Positions 18,484-27,147 of a DNA stretch of 64,000 nucleotides are shown here, one piece after another. A program made the translations under genes and the position numbers. The notes below the pieces were generated by a model, which saw only the letters and a program-made list of their open reading frames with translations, did not search any database and had not been told where the DNA came from. The stretch comes from a virus. Each line of letters opens with the position of its first letter. Positions within the stretch are counted from its first letter, which is position 1. Location of the stretch: IMG/VR virus record IMGVR_UViG_3300039065_000016. One strand, written 5' to 3'.

Positions 18484-19320
18484 CTAAATGATCGGGATTT
18501 TTCTGCACCGGCAGTTAATCGCCCAACCTGGCGGTCCTTGGTCGGCCTTTGGACCTTCCCAAAGTCTAGGGTCATTCAGTTTGAATCTTTTCCCGTCCTT
18601 TTCCAGGTGGGTATGGCGAGGCGTCTTCCCTGCCGAAGAGTGCATCCATTCGAACTCTTCGACTCCATTCTCTGCCATTCTCTCATCACTCAACGAACTG
18701 TAAAGTTTACTGGTTTGATCTCTTGCGATGAGTTCGATTCGGTTTTCAGAAAACTTTCCGACTTCTCGAAGTGCATTTGTTATTCCAGAAGTTCCTTGTT
18801 CCTCTGGGTTTGGGGAAGTCAGAGACAACATTACAGATGTGTAAATTTTCTCGTGGACTTCCTCTTGAATGTTGGTGATGAGGGTATGGTTGTAAGTAGT
18901 CGCGGCTTCCAGGGTGTTCCTGACGCTCTCATTGTATGAAGCTCGCGGCTGATCGACGCCGGCCACCGACAGGCTGTGTAGAGTCGCAGCGGTCGCGGCT
19001 TCGTCGGCCCGATTGACGAACTCCGGGGCGATCTTGGCCGCGAAACCTTCAAAGATGCGATTCCATCGCTGCTGAAGGCTTCGCAGAGTCATCTTGAACA
19101 GGACGTTCACCGATTCGTCTTTCGCGAAAAACCGTTCTGCCGCAGGCTGGGATATGGCCTTCTCGATTTCACTTCGATAATCGGCGATCATGAGTCTGGC
19201 CATATCCTTCATTTGCTTTCGATACCAGGCTTCGATTCCAGCAGAAGGAATTATGGGCTTGCCTCTTCCGACTGGAAGAGGCCCCCGGCGTTCGCGTTTC
19301 TTGGAGGCTTTGAACGCCAT
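18484..19320 (-). CDS. head morphogenesis protein (SPP1 gp7 / Mu gpF family)
   Basis: C-terminal GPPGWAINCRCRKIPI matches the conserved CRC motif of this family. Start set to ATG 19320 (TGATG overlap with the portal stop). The track start 19365 is an alternative. Confidence 0.75.
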   Translation of the reverse strand: MAFKASKKRERRGPLPVGRGKPIIPSAGIEAWYRKQMKDMARLMIADYRSEIEKAISQPAAERFFAKDESVNVLFKMTLRSLQQRWNRIFEGFAAKIAPEFVNRADEAATAATLHSLSVAGVDQPRASYNESVRNTLEAATTYNHTLITNIQEEVHEKIYTSVMLSLTSPNPEEQGTSGITNALREVGKFSENRIELIARDQTSKLYSSLSDERMAENGVEEFEWMHSSAGKTPRHTHLEKDGKRFKLNDPRLWEGPKADQGPPGWAINCRCRKIPII

Positions 19321-21617
19321 CACTTGCCTCCAAATGGCTTCGTCGTGTCGCCATTTGCCAGCCAACGACGGAAGGCGGGCAGATCAACTTCATGGATGGA
19401 GCCGAGTCCATCCCAGCCCGGACGGAAGCAAGACAGATATCCAGACTTGGCGTCGTTAATGTTGTTGAAACCGAGCATGCACTTGTGCTCGTCGAATTGC
19501 CCATCTTTGTTCACCTGGTTGACGACGAAGACCCGTTTCGAACCAAGGTTCGGGCCTACGAAGCAATCGACCTCATCCCCATCAGCCCCCTTCGTACCTT
19601 TGATGAATCCATAGTGGTGCTTCATCTGGACTCGCCAGCTCCCGTCCTTCCCTTGCCGGATACTTCCGCGCGGATTTTCGATCAAGGTAGTAATTCCATT
19701 GACCTTGATCCTCTGGAGTTCAGAATGATCACGAGGGCCGACGATGCGGTTGGACGAAAACACCGAAGGCTCCATACCCGATACGCTCGGCTTTGACGTT
19801 CTCTTCAGACCTGGCGCGTCATCCTGCTCTATGTCCACGCCGTCCGGAGCCTGCGCGTCGTCCAGGGCTTCGAGTTTCGACAGTAGATCGGACAGCAGGT
19901 TCCGAAGCTCGGCCCTGGGGTTCGGCCGCGACGGCGGTGTAGCGGCCTCGCCGGCCCCTTCCTCGGCCGCTTTCGCGAGGGGCTTAGTACCGCGTGGAGC
20001 GGCCGGAACTGGGTCGCCTGCGCCTTCTACGGCGCCCGCTTGGGCTTCGGCTCGCTCGGCCTCGCCTTTCGCCTTCGCCGACTGTGCACCGGCCTTTTCG
20101 AGTTCGGCCAGGTTTTCCGGAGACATGCCCGGCTCGGTTTCGGCCTGATCGTCGGTGAGTCGATTATAGCCGGAGCGCGGATCATCACGCAGGCGCTCGC
20201 GGACTTCATCCGGAGACACGACGCCGGAATTGATATAAATTTCATCAGTAGCAGCCTTCTTGTTGTTCAGCTCGGCTTGTTGCTGGCTGGTTGTGGAATC
20301 CACAGGGTTCCAGACGATTTCCAGCTGTACATCGATTGCTTCCGATTTTGCCAGCAGCAAATAATGACGCTCAAGCAGCGGGTCGAATATATGCTCTTGA
20401 ATCGATTCCAACTCTTCGTGATAAGAAATCGTCTCGTGCTCACCAGTCGCGTTGAATCCTTTGGGAGAAGTGCCGAGTAGCTTCGTCGCAGGAGTCTTGG
20501 CGATGGCCGCAACCAGCTGATATTGGTTCATGATGACGCTGTCGAAATCGGACAGGTTCGTATCGAACTGCTCCATGGTTTCATCAATACCAATAACTTT
20601 CACGCCATGGTTGTCTCGATTGGCGATCCAGAACGCCAGACGGGCGTTGAAGGCATCCTCATTCGCGATGGCCTTTTCCACGTCAACGTGAATGGTGCTG
20701 GTTCGCTTCGACATCGCCAGCAACGGCGCTTCGTTCGCAGTTCGCTCGGCAGCATACACGCGCTCGTAAATGCGCTGGGTGAGCGGGATGCCTCCGAAAA
20801 TGTATGTCGGCTTCAGGATATCTGGCGGCTGCGGCCCACGAACGACCACCAGATGGCTGCGATGATACTTCTTCCCGCTGATGATCCAAAAATCGGGCTC
20901 ATAGAAGTGTTCGGCAGACGGGTCTGCCGTGGACTCTGCGGTCAGCTGAGGCATTGCCCAATATGGATCTATCTGGGAAATTCCCTTGTACGAGCCGGGC
21001 GCTATTCCGTCTGGGTTGAATGGCTTCTCATAGTAGTCCGGATCGTCAGACTCAACGACGAACAGAGCGATTCGAACGCCGAAGACGTTTTTGAATCGGT
21101 TCAATTCGACGAGGTTGTCTTTGACGCGAAACTCCATGTCGCGCCGAGCGATCAGCGCGCTTTGTTCATCAGACAGCTTCCGGCCATCCGATTTGAGTTC
21201 CCATCCGTTCCGCGCGGCGTCTTCGCCTGACATGGAGCAAGCTTTGTCGACCAACCAGTGTTGAGAAATGATGGCGCAAGCTTGGTATCCGATGAATCCT
21301 TGGGAGTTATACCAGTCCTGCAGCATGGTCGGAACTACATAGGGATTCTGGCCGCCAGCGGCAGCTTTCGCGGCTGGGGTGGGTCCGTCACCATACGCAC
21401 TGTCCATTGCGACGGATAGGCCCGGCTCCAGGAAATCCTTCACGCTACGGATGACCGGGGCTTTCTCCGGCTCGACATTCCAGCCGCGAATCTTCCCCAG
21501 CTTAATCATAGGGTCGAGCGGATCGTGTTGAGGGATTCGTGCGACTTTCTCCGGCGCCGATTCAGAACAGGCAACATTATCCTTTTTGCGCCCGAATATC
21601 CAGGAAAGTTTAAACAT
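19320..21617 (-). CDS. portal protein with C-terminal pyrophosphatase-like extension
   Basis: 765-aa first ORF of the late block, directly upstream of the Mu-F-like gene. The N-terminal ~500 aa are of portal size. A low-complexity A/E/P linker is followed by a ~125-aa domain (see findings). Confidence 0.7.
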   Translation of the reverse strand: MFKLSWIFGRKKDNVACSESAPEKVARIPQHDPLDPMIKLGKIRGWNVEPEKAPVIRSVKDFLEPGLSVAMDSAYGDGPTPAAKAAAGGQNPYVVPTMLQDWYNSQGFIGYQACAIISQHWLVDKACSMSGEDAARNGWELKSDGRKLSDEQSALIARRDMEFRVKDNLVELNRFKNVFGVRIALFVVESDDPDYYEKPFNPDGIAPGSYKGISQIDPYWAMPQLTAESTADPSAEHFYEPDFWIISGKKYHRSHLVVVRGPQPPDILKPTYIFGGIPLTQRIYERVYAAERTANEAPLLAMSKRTSTIHVDVEKAIANEDAFNARLAFWIANRDNHGVKVIGIDETMEQFDTNLSDFDSVIMNQYQLVAAIAKTPATKLLGTSPKGFNATGEHETISYHEELESIQEHIFDPLLERHYLLLAKSEAIDVQLEIVWNPVDSTTSQQQAELNNKKAATDEIYINSGVVSPDEVRERLRDDPRSGYNRLTDDQAETEPGMSPENLAELEKAGAQSAKAKGEAERAEAQAGAVEGAGDPVPAAPRGTKPLAKAAEEGAGEAATPPSRPNPRAELRNLLSDLLSKLEALDDAQAPDGVDIEQDDAPGLKRTSKPSVSGMEPSVFSSNRIVGPRDHSELQRIKVNGITTLIENPRGSIRQGKDGSWRVQMKHHYGFIKGTKGADGDEVDCFVGPNLGSKRVFVVNQVNKDGQFDEHKCMLGFNNINDAKSGYLSCFRPGWDGLGSIHEVDLPAFRRWLANGDTTKPFGGK

Positions 21618-21651
21618 TTTAATTCCATGCGGTTGCTGGTTGTGTGCACTT

Positions 21652-21679
21652 ATTATAGGGGAAACATCAAACGTTCAAA
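21652..21679 (-). promoter_or_regulatory. sigma70-type promoter for the portal/late block
   Basis: - strand TTTGAA-16 nt-TATAAT (rc of 21674-21679 and 21652-21657), ~35 nt upstream of ATG 21617. Confidence 0.5.
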
Positions 21680-21741
21680 AGAGATTCAAACAGATACATC
21701 ACATTAACAGTCGCAACTAATCAGTTATGAGAAAATAATTC

Positions 21742-21770
21742 TTTACGGGAACTTTTCGGCAGATTAGACT
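21742..21770 (+). promoter_or_regulatory. sigma70-type early promoter (divergent from the portal promoter)
   Basis: TTTACG-17 nt-TAGACT, 27 nt upstream of ATG 21797. Confidence 0.5.
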
Positions 21771-21796
21771 CTAATTATCAACCAATGGAGATTAAC

Positions 21797-22198
21797 ATGA
21801 ATCCTCTTCTTCCTATCGTACATATCGTGTTGAAGGACGGCGAAGTTCTGGGCGTGTTCGACTGCGACAAATCTGCGAAGTGGTACAGCAATGTGAAAGA
21901 CGCAGTTGTGGATTCCTGGGTAGTGGAATCGCCGAACAGCTCGCGCTCGCGCCTTGTCAGAAAAGAGTGCTATGAAGTCGGAGATCACGTCATGTATCGC
22001 GATGAGCACGGCGAAGGGCACGGCCGCATATTGGCTGTCGAACCTCGCGGTGAATCGGCGCGTGACGAGAAAGAATTGTACCACCTGTATCAGATCAATA
22101 GCGACGATCCGTCCGTGGACATTTGGATGCTCGACGCAGACATCATCGGCATTTATCCCGACGAAAAGCGCTTTACTTCTGAAGAGCAGATGGAATAA
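21797..22198 (+). CDS. hypothetical early protein (133 aa)
   Basis: GGAG 6 nt upstream of ATG 21797. The track start 21785 lacks an SD. Confidence 0.65.
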   Translation: MNPLLPIVHIVLKDGEVLGVFDCDKSAKWYSNVKDAVVDSWVVESPNSSRSRLVRKECYEVGDHVMYRDEHGEGHGRILAVEPRGESARDEKELYHLYQINSDDPSVDIWMLDADIIGIYPDEKRFTSEEQME

Positions 22199-22229
22199 AA
22201 TCTGCTCATCTACCAAAGAGGGTGAAGAA

Positions 22230-22553
22230 ATGGCAAGCATCACAGTATGGATCGCCACTGCTTTCCTTTGTACTGGCGATGGCTGTGTCCAGATGCCGGA
22301 TCATACCAGCAGACGGTTCGACAGCAAAGCTCAGTGCGAAGACGTCATGCTAAGAGCGATTGATAAGATGTGGGAGCGACATCAACTGGTTGTTCGGGCC
22401 GTTTGCACGCCTTATTTCCTCAGCAGTACAGAAGTTCCCGGCTTTTACAGTCCGCCGCCCCAGCCGCCCACTGGTCTGAACCATATGTGGGACAGTTGGA
22501 TTCGCGGCGGCAGCATCCCGTCTTATGAGCCGGGAAGGGGTTGGAGCGAATGA
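22230..22553 (+). CDS. hypothetical early protein (107 aa) with N-terminal hydrophobic segment
   Basis: Inner ATG of track ORF 21954..22553, preceded by AGAGGGTGAAG. The upstream part of the track ORF overlaps the previous CDS. Confidence 0.6.
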   Translation: MASITVWIATAFLCTGDGCVQMPDHTSRRFDSKAQCEDVMLRAIDKMWERHQLVVRAVCTPYFLSSTEVPGFYSPPPQPPTGLNHMWDSWIRGGSIPSYEPGRGWSE

Positions 22554-22753
22554 AGCCGCGCCGACCGGAAGTGCGGGTCAGTCTGGAAACTGCCCTGTGG
22601 ATGTCGACATCCGCTGCGCTGCTCGCGGCGATAATCTCTAGCGCGGTTTTCCCGCCTTCGACGATTCAGTGTCCGGAAGAAAGACCGCCTGCGGCCGAGC
22701 GTTTCCACCATCCGGAAAACAGCAAATTCTTTCCTCACACACAAAAAGGATAG
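22550..22753 (+). CDS. small membrane protein (67 aa)
   Basis: ATGA overlap with the previous stop. One hydrophobic helix (LWMSTSAALLAAIISSAVF). Confidence 0.55.
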   Translation: MKPRRPEVRVSLETALWMSTSAALLAAIISSAVFPPSTIQCPEERPPAAERFHHPENSKFFPHTQKG

Positions 22754-22758
22754 TGAGT

Positions 22759-23070
22759 ATGAAATATGTAGTGATGAAGATGACGGTCCGGGGAATGTCT
22801 CGTGAAGTTCCCGTAATCTTCCCCGACTTAATCAGTCACGTCAACATGGCCGCGAGTGCGTTGGTGGCCCTCGACGCCGAATGCGAAGGCTTCAAGAAGG
22901 CTGGCGATAAAGTTGACATCACAGTGGTGTCGGCAGGCTTTCTGTCTTCCATGGATATTAATGGAAATTGCAACGGCCAGTCGGATTCGTTGAACGGTTT
23001 GAAGTCGAGAGAATCGGTGGATGACGAACTCATTCGCATGATCGACTACACTCATGGTTACGTCGGTTAA
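22759..23070 (+). CDS. hypothetical early protein (103 aa)
   Basis: Inner ATG of track ORF 22669..23070, preceded by AAAGGATAGTGAG. Confidence 0.6.
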   Translation: MKYVVMKMTVRGMSREVPVIFPDLISHVNMAASALVALDAECEGFKKAGDKVDITVVSAGFLSSMDINGNCNGQSDSLNGLKSRESVDDELIRMIDYTHGYVG

Positions 23071-23311
23071 GGCTCGCTGCCTTTCCTGCGACAGACGAGC
23101 CGTCCTGGACGAACGAAAACTGAAGTCGAAGCGCCCACCAGCATGTAGGTGGTGTGGAGGATCGACATGGCGAATCGTCAAAGAAGTTACTTGTTACGGT
23201 TCGTGCAGGCATTATCCCCATAGGGCAGGATCGGTCGGGTGCATACTCGACCGCTCAGGCTCAACAACAATTGTCGAGCTTCCTGGAGCCTCAGACGATT
23301 TCCCTTTCTGA
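23054..23311 (+). CDS. putative zinc-ribbon protein (85 aa)
   Basis: Two CxxC pairs (C9/C12, C31/C34). Weak RBS. Overlaps the previous CDS by 17 nt. Confidence 0.4.
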   Translation: MVTSVKARCLSCDRRAVLDERKLKSKRPPACRWCGGSTWRIVKEVTCYGSCRHYPHRAGSVGCILDRSGSTTIVELPGASDDFPF

Positions 23312-23318
23312 GGTGAAT

Positions 23319-23666
23319 ATGGCTACTAAGGCCGATTTGGAATTGGAAGTTCAGCAGCTTCGACGAGTAGTCAAGTCTCGCGAATTCGAAATTGAAAAGT
23401 TGCAGAGCCGACTGAGGCGCCATCATGACATGATTCGCCGGGTCCGACTCTATCTTTGGAGCCGTTTGCTGATTCATCGCCGGACCGCCGAAACTCTGGA
23501 AGTCGGCGACAGCATTGCCAAGACCATCGCGGCGAAGCGTCACAGGGTCGCTAACGACGTTCTTGGAATCATCCAGCATCTGAATGACTACTGCGACAGC
23601 TATGCTGAGTATGACTACAACGACGGCGCTGAGCATGGGTTTAAGATCAGCAGCGACATTTATTGA
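23319..23666 (+). CDS. coiled-coil early protein (115 aa)
   Basis: Inner ATG of track ORF 23154..23666, preceded by GAGGTG. Confidence 0.6.
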   Translation: MATKADLELEVQQLRRVVKSREFEIEKLQSRLRRHHDMIRRVRLYLWSRLLIHRRTAETLEVGDSIAKTIAAKRHRVANDVLGIIQHLNDYCDSYAEYDYNDGAEHGFKISSDIY

Positions 23667-23677
23667 TCGTCAGCAAC

Positions 23678-23688
23678 CCGACGAACGG
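23678..23688 (-). promoter_or_regulatory. CCGTTCGTCGG box (reverse orientation)
   Basis: + strand reads CCGACGAACGG. Intergenic, and overlaps the left arm of the hairpin at 23686-23706. Confidence 0.6.
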
Positions 23689-23713
23689 TAGCGTGAAGTG
23701 CTACCGCGTTTCC
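23686..23713 (+). terminator. weak intrinsic terminator candidate
   Basis: cggtagc-gtgaagt-gctaccg followed by cgtttccattt. Lies 20 nt after the stop at 23666. Confidence 0.4.
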
Positions 23714-23729
23714 ATTTATGGAGTATAGT
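23701..23729 (+). promoter_or_regulatory. early promoter (degenerate -35) with conserved leader
   Basis: GTGCTACCG..-17 nt-TATAGT, followed by CATCGAAACG and AACAGGAG before ATG 23769. Confidence 0.4.
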
Positions 23730-23768
23730 CAACCCATCGAAACGAACTTTCCAAACAGGAGAATCGAT

Positions 23769-24701
23769 ATGAACGCAGCAGAGAATCTGTTCAACGGCTT
23801 CGAAGACCTGGGCGATGACTTCGCTACCGTAGAGGTCAACAACGAAGCGCCGAAGACCCTGGAAGAGGTGTCCATGGGTGCCCGCCCGAACTCCTGGAAG
23901 GAACCGAAGCTGTATCGCGAAAAGTGCCCCAAATGCGCAGGCACTGGCCTGTACCGTGGTCCTTCGTCTTATGGTCGCGCCTGCTTTGCCTGCGGCGGCG
24001 TTGGATATAAAGAGTACAAGAGCAGCCCGGAGCAACGCGCCAAGAGTCGTGCTAAGGCTGCAGAAAAGCGCATCGAGAAAGTCCAGAAGGCCGAGCAATA
24101 TCGCGGCCTTAAAATTCAGGCTTTCGAAGCCGCTCACCCGGACATCATCGAGTGGTGGACCGACAACTCTTTCAGTTTTGCCCAGAGCCTTAAGGATTCT
24201 CTTTACAGATATGGCTCCTTGACCGAAAATCAGATCGCTGCTGCGAAACGAGCTATCGAAAACCTCGCCAAACATCGCGAGAAAGTGGCCGCGCAGGAGG
24301 CTGCTGCGCCGACTCTGGACATTTCCGGAATCGAGAAGGCGTTTGAGAAGGCGAAAGACTCTGGCATCAAGCGCCCGAAAATGCGTCTGGCTGGCGAAGG
24401 TGAGGAGCCTCTCATCGTTGTGGTCAAAGAGGCTAGCGCTAACAGCCGGAACGCCGGGAGTCTGTATGTCCTGGGCGACATCTACCTCGGCCGGATCACT
24501 AACGGCAAATTCATCAAGAGCCGCGACTGCACCGACACAGAGTATGGCGATATCCTGAAGATGTTCGAAAAGCCAATGGAATCGGCAGTCGCCTACGGTC
24601 GGAAGACTGGTCAATGCTCCTGCTGCGGTCGCGAGTTGACCAATCACGCATCCATCGAAATGGGCATCGGCCCCATCTGCGCCGGAAAGTTCTTCGGATG
24701 A
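23769..24701 (+). CDS. zinc-finger early protein (DnaJ-type CxxCxGxG repeats plus C-terminal CCGR...GIGPxC motif)
   Basis: CPKCAGTG and CFACGGVG near the N-terminus. C-terminal CSCCGRELTNHASIEMGIGPICAGKF resembles the DUF6011-type motif as I remember it. Start at ATG 23769 follows AGGAG. Confidence 0.65.
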   Translation: MNAAENLFNGFEDLGDDFATVEVNNEAPKTLEEVSMGARPNSWKEPKLYREKCPKCAGTGLYRGPSSYGRACFACGGVGYKEYKSSPEQRAKSRAKAAEKRIEKVQKAEQYRGLKIQAFEAAHPDIIEWWTDNSFSFAQSLKDSLYRYGSLTENQIAAAKRAIENLAKHREKVAAQEAAAPTLDISGIEKAFEKAKDSGIKRPKMRLAGEGEEPLIVVVKEASANSRNAGSLYVLGDIYLGRITNGKFIKSRDCTDTEYGDILKMFEKPMESAVAYGRKTGQCSCCGRELTNHASIEMGIGPICAGKFFG

Positions 24702-24793
24702 TCCACCTTACAATCAAAGCCATGGCCTGGTTCGCCCTCCTATGGGCGACCGGCTTGGCCATCGTAACCTTTACCATCCACTTCTGCTACTGA
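24698..24793 (+). CDS. tiny hydrophobic protein (31 aa; below ORF-track cut-off)
   Basis: ATGA overlap with the previous stop. MIHLTIKAMAWFALLWATGLAIVTFTIHFCY forms one TM helix. The next gene's SD follows its stop. Confidence 0.4.
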   Translation: MIHLTIKAMAWFALLWATGLAIVTFTIHFCY

Positions 24794-24802
24794 GGATTAT
24801 CC

Positions 24803-25390
24803 ATGGACACCGTCCCTGATCCGATGAAGGACAGAATCACGCTGCACGGCCTGGGCTTCATCCAGGTCCAGCTCCCGGCCGGGCGCCTCCATGTGTGGCA
24901 TCCGGAGCTGCCGCGCCGGCTTTGTTTCCATCACTCTTCCATCCACGATCATCGATTCGATTTCGAGTCCTTGGTTCTGGTTGGGTCTCTGGAGAATACA
25001 AATTATTACGTGGACCGTTCGGCGCGTCTCGGTGAATTGACTCATGAAGGGTATGAGCATTCTTCGGCTCGCCAGGCCTGCGGCGGTCGCGGTTGGGAGC
25101 CTGTAGGCTCTGTATGTCTGCGCCAGAGGCAAGAATTCATCATTGGTGCTGGACAGCAATATTCGATGTCGGCTTATGTTCCTCACAGGACGAATCCGCT
25201 CGGTGACGGTCGCGTGGCCGCTCTCATGCGAAAAGGCGCCGTTCACAAATGGCCGGCCACTTCCTATGTAACCCTGGGAGTCGATCCTGAAACCGACTTC
25301 GACCGTTATCAGTGGTCGGTTCCGACGCTCTGGGAGGTCGTCATTGATGTCCTCGGCGGCGCCGAATTCCAAATCCCATCCATCCCTTGA
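24803..25390 (+). CDS. hypothetical protein (195 aa) with His-rich motif, possible metal-binding fold
   Basis: Track ORF. GAGGA SD. HHSSIHDHRFDFES and a later H-x-T/H pattern. Function not assigned. Confidence 0.65.
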   Translation: MDTVPDPMKDRITLHGLGFIQVQLPAGRLHVWHPELPRRLCFHHSSIHDHRFDFESLVLVGSLENTNYYVDRSARLGELTHEGYEHSSARQACGGRGWEPVGSVCLRQRQEFIIGAGQQYSMSAYVPHRTNPLGDGRVAALMRKGAVHKWPATSYVTLGVDPETDFDRYQWSVPTLWEVVIDVLGGAEFQIPSIP

Positions 25391-25407
25391 CCGAAGGAAC
25401 CAAAAAA

Positions 25408-25845
25408 ATGAAGAAATTCTGTATCGACATCACCAATGGTCTGGCCGGCTTCATCATCTGGGGCGGCGCCATCATCCTGGCGGCTTCCGTCTTCCTCATC
25501 GGTCCGCTGGCCATCCTTCTGACCGGAGCCTGGGTCGTCTGCACGGCCGTAGTGTTCGCACTCTGGTTCGCCGTCGCCGGCATCTACGAAGAGTCGCAAA
25601 AGCAGACCGAGTATTTGAAATCCATAGCGTCTATCCAGGCACGCGAGCGCGGCGCCGGCTTTGGTCCAGAAGACGCCGGGCCCAGCGCCAGCGCCCCGGC
25701 GAATCCGGTAGAGCACAAACTCAGTCATCCCAAGCTGAAGCCTGGCGCGCAATTGGTCTCTGCAGTCGTGTTCTTCGCAGTTCTCATCGTTGTCCTGGCC
25801 GCAGGCGATTGGATCTGGAGCTATTTCCAGGCTCTTCCGAAATAG
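25408..25845 (+). CDS. integral membrane protein (145 aa, 3-4 TM helices)
   Basis: ATG 25408 follows AAGGA. The track start 25387 is TTG and sits inside the previous stop. Confidence 0.65.
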   Translation: MKKFCIDITNGLAGFIIWGGAIILAASVFLIGPLAILLTGAWVVCTAVVFALWFAVAGIYEESQKQTEYLKSIASIQARERGAGFGPEDAGPSASAPANPVEHKLSHPKLKPGAQLVSAVVFFAVLIVVLAAGDWIWSYFQALPK

Positions 25846-25858
25846 TGGAAGAAAATGC

Positions 25859-25887
25859 TTTACTTCCATTCTGGATGAAGGCAGAAT
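25859..25887 (+). promoter_or_regulatory. early promoter/leader cassette
   Basis: TGCTTTACT (TTTACT 25859-25864)-17 nt-CAGAAT. Exact leader 16-mer CATCGAAACGCGAAAC at 25893-25908. Confidence 0.55.
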
Positions 25888-25930
25888 AGCTCCATCGAAA
25901 CGCGAAACCTTCAGACAAAAGGAACCGACC

Positions 25931-26710
25931 ATGACCGACCAGAACGAATTCACTCCTGAAGCCATCGAGAAGGCGAAAGATCGCATTCGCAAGCTGACTG
26001 CGATGGCGGCCGACTCTTCCAGTCCGCACGAAGCTGCCATCGCGGCAGAACGCGTGAAGAAGCTGAAGGATAAATATGACCTTCACGACTTCGAAGTGAC
26101 CGGCGAGATTCGCGAAGAATTCGACGAGCAAATTGCTACTCGCTACTATTCCGCAATCCCGAACTGGATGAAGTTCTTCTCTGTGGCAGTGGCGACGTAC
26201 AATGATTGCATCATGGATTTCGTCGGTGGCATCAACAATCACCGAGCATCGGCGAAGGCGTCCAGGAGCGCTCGCGACGGCAGCACCACCAAGCGCTGGG
26301 GCCATGCCGTCCGCTTTAAAGGCTACAAATCTGACGTTGAGCTAGCGGTGAACATGTTCAACTCCCTGGTCGAGGCAGTAGACCGTCTGTGCCGGGAATA
26401 TCAGAAGGCTCAAGGTTTCGAGCGGTTCAACGTCAAGGTCGCCGCGCAATTTAAGCTCGCCGCGACCCAGGAAATCAGCTATCGCCTCAGATCCATCACC
26501 CGGAAACGTATGGAGCTGGTTTCTTCGGCCGGAACGTCTCTGGTGGTGGTTAAGGAAGCTGCGGTCCACGAACATTTCGGCGATCCGGGTTACAAGAAGT
26601 CTAATGTTACCAAACTCATGCGTCTGGAAGACAGTGACGGTCGGCGCGCCTACGCTGCCGGAACCAATGCCGGACGCAATATGGAAATCGTTCGGTCGGT
26701 GGAGGATTAA
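25931..26710 (+). CDS. DUF2786-like N-terminal domain protein (259 aa)
   Basis: RIRKLTAMAADSSSPHEAAIAAERVKKLKDKYDL matches the K-L-L-A-L-A...NE-EA pattern of DUF2786 from memory. Start is the inner ATG after AAGGAA. Confidence 0.6.
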   Translation: MTDQNEFTPEAIEKAKDRIRKLTAMAADSSSPHEAAIAAERVKKLKDKYDLHDFEVTGEIREEFDEQIATRYYSAIPNWMKFFSVAVATYNDCIMDFVGGINNHRASAKASRSARDGSTTKRWGHAVRFKGYKSDVELAVNMFNSLVEAVDRLCREYQKAQGFERFNVKVAAQFKLAATQEISYRLRSITRKRMELVSSAGTSLVVVKEAAVHEHFGDPGYKKSNVTKLMRLEDSDGRRAYAAGTNAGRNMEIVRSVED

Positions 26711-26712
26711 CC

Positions 26713-27147
26713 ATGAGTCTTCCTAGCGACAAAGTGATGCTGCGAATCGTCCAGTCCATCCTCGCGATCCTCATCGGGATCGCTTGGGCCTGCTCCGACT
26801 ATGGAGTCGTGGCCGCCGAACTTCCTCCATCGCTGCAGGCCCATCCCGCGAGGCCAGGGCACAGCGAAGTCTCGGCCCGCGACCCTAGGTTGGTCGAGGC
26901 CGAAAAAGCGCGGGAAGAGGCCTTAGAATATGTCCTGTCGCTGCGCCCGGAAGTTATCGAGGCGAAAACCCGCTTCGCGGCCGAGGCGGCGCAGCAAGGG
27001 CTGTCAACCAAGGAGTACGCTGAGCTGCAGAATCAAGCGAGCATGCTCTCAGGAACGCTATTGGCATTTGCAGTATTTATGTTGGCTGGAACGCTATTGG
27101 CGTTTGCAGTCTTCTTGTTCATCTTCATCAAGACGACCAGGCTTTGA
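26713..27147 (+). CDS. membrane-anchored protein (144 aa) with duplicated C-terminal TM helix
   Basis: Track ORF. N-terminal hydrophobic segment. C-terminus GTLLAFAVFMLAGTLLAFAVFLFIF. Confidence 0.6.
   Translation: MSLPSDKVMLRIVQSILAILIGIAWACSDYGVVAAELPPSLQAHPARPGHSEVSARDPRLVEAEKAREEALEYVLSLRPEVIEAKTRFAAEAAQQGLSTKEYAELQNQASMLSGTLLAFAVFMLAGTLLAFAVFLFIFIKTTRL
27052..27110 (+). repeat. in-frame tandem duplication (period 36 nt)
   Basis: GGAACGCTATTGGCATTTGCAGT at 27052-27074 and GGAACGCTATTGGCGTTTGCAGT at 27088-27110. Confidence 0.9.

Noticed and set aside
19321-19365. Longer track starts that overlap upstream genes: 19365 for the Mu-F-like gene, 29623 for terL, 42698, 9548, 51287 and several early ORFs.
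   Set aside because: In each case an internal ATG with an SD or an ATGA/TAATG stop-start overlap gives a gene that abuts its neighbour. The longer versions need non-ATG starts or large overlaps without an RBS.
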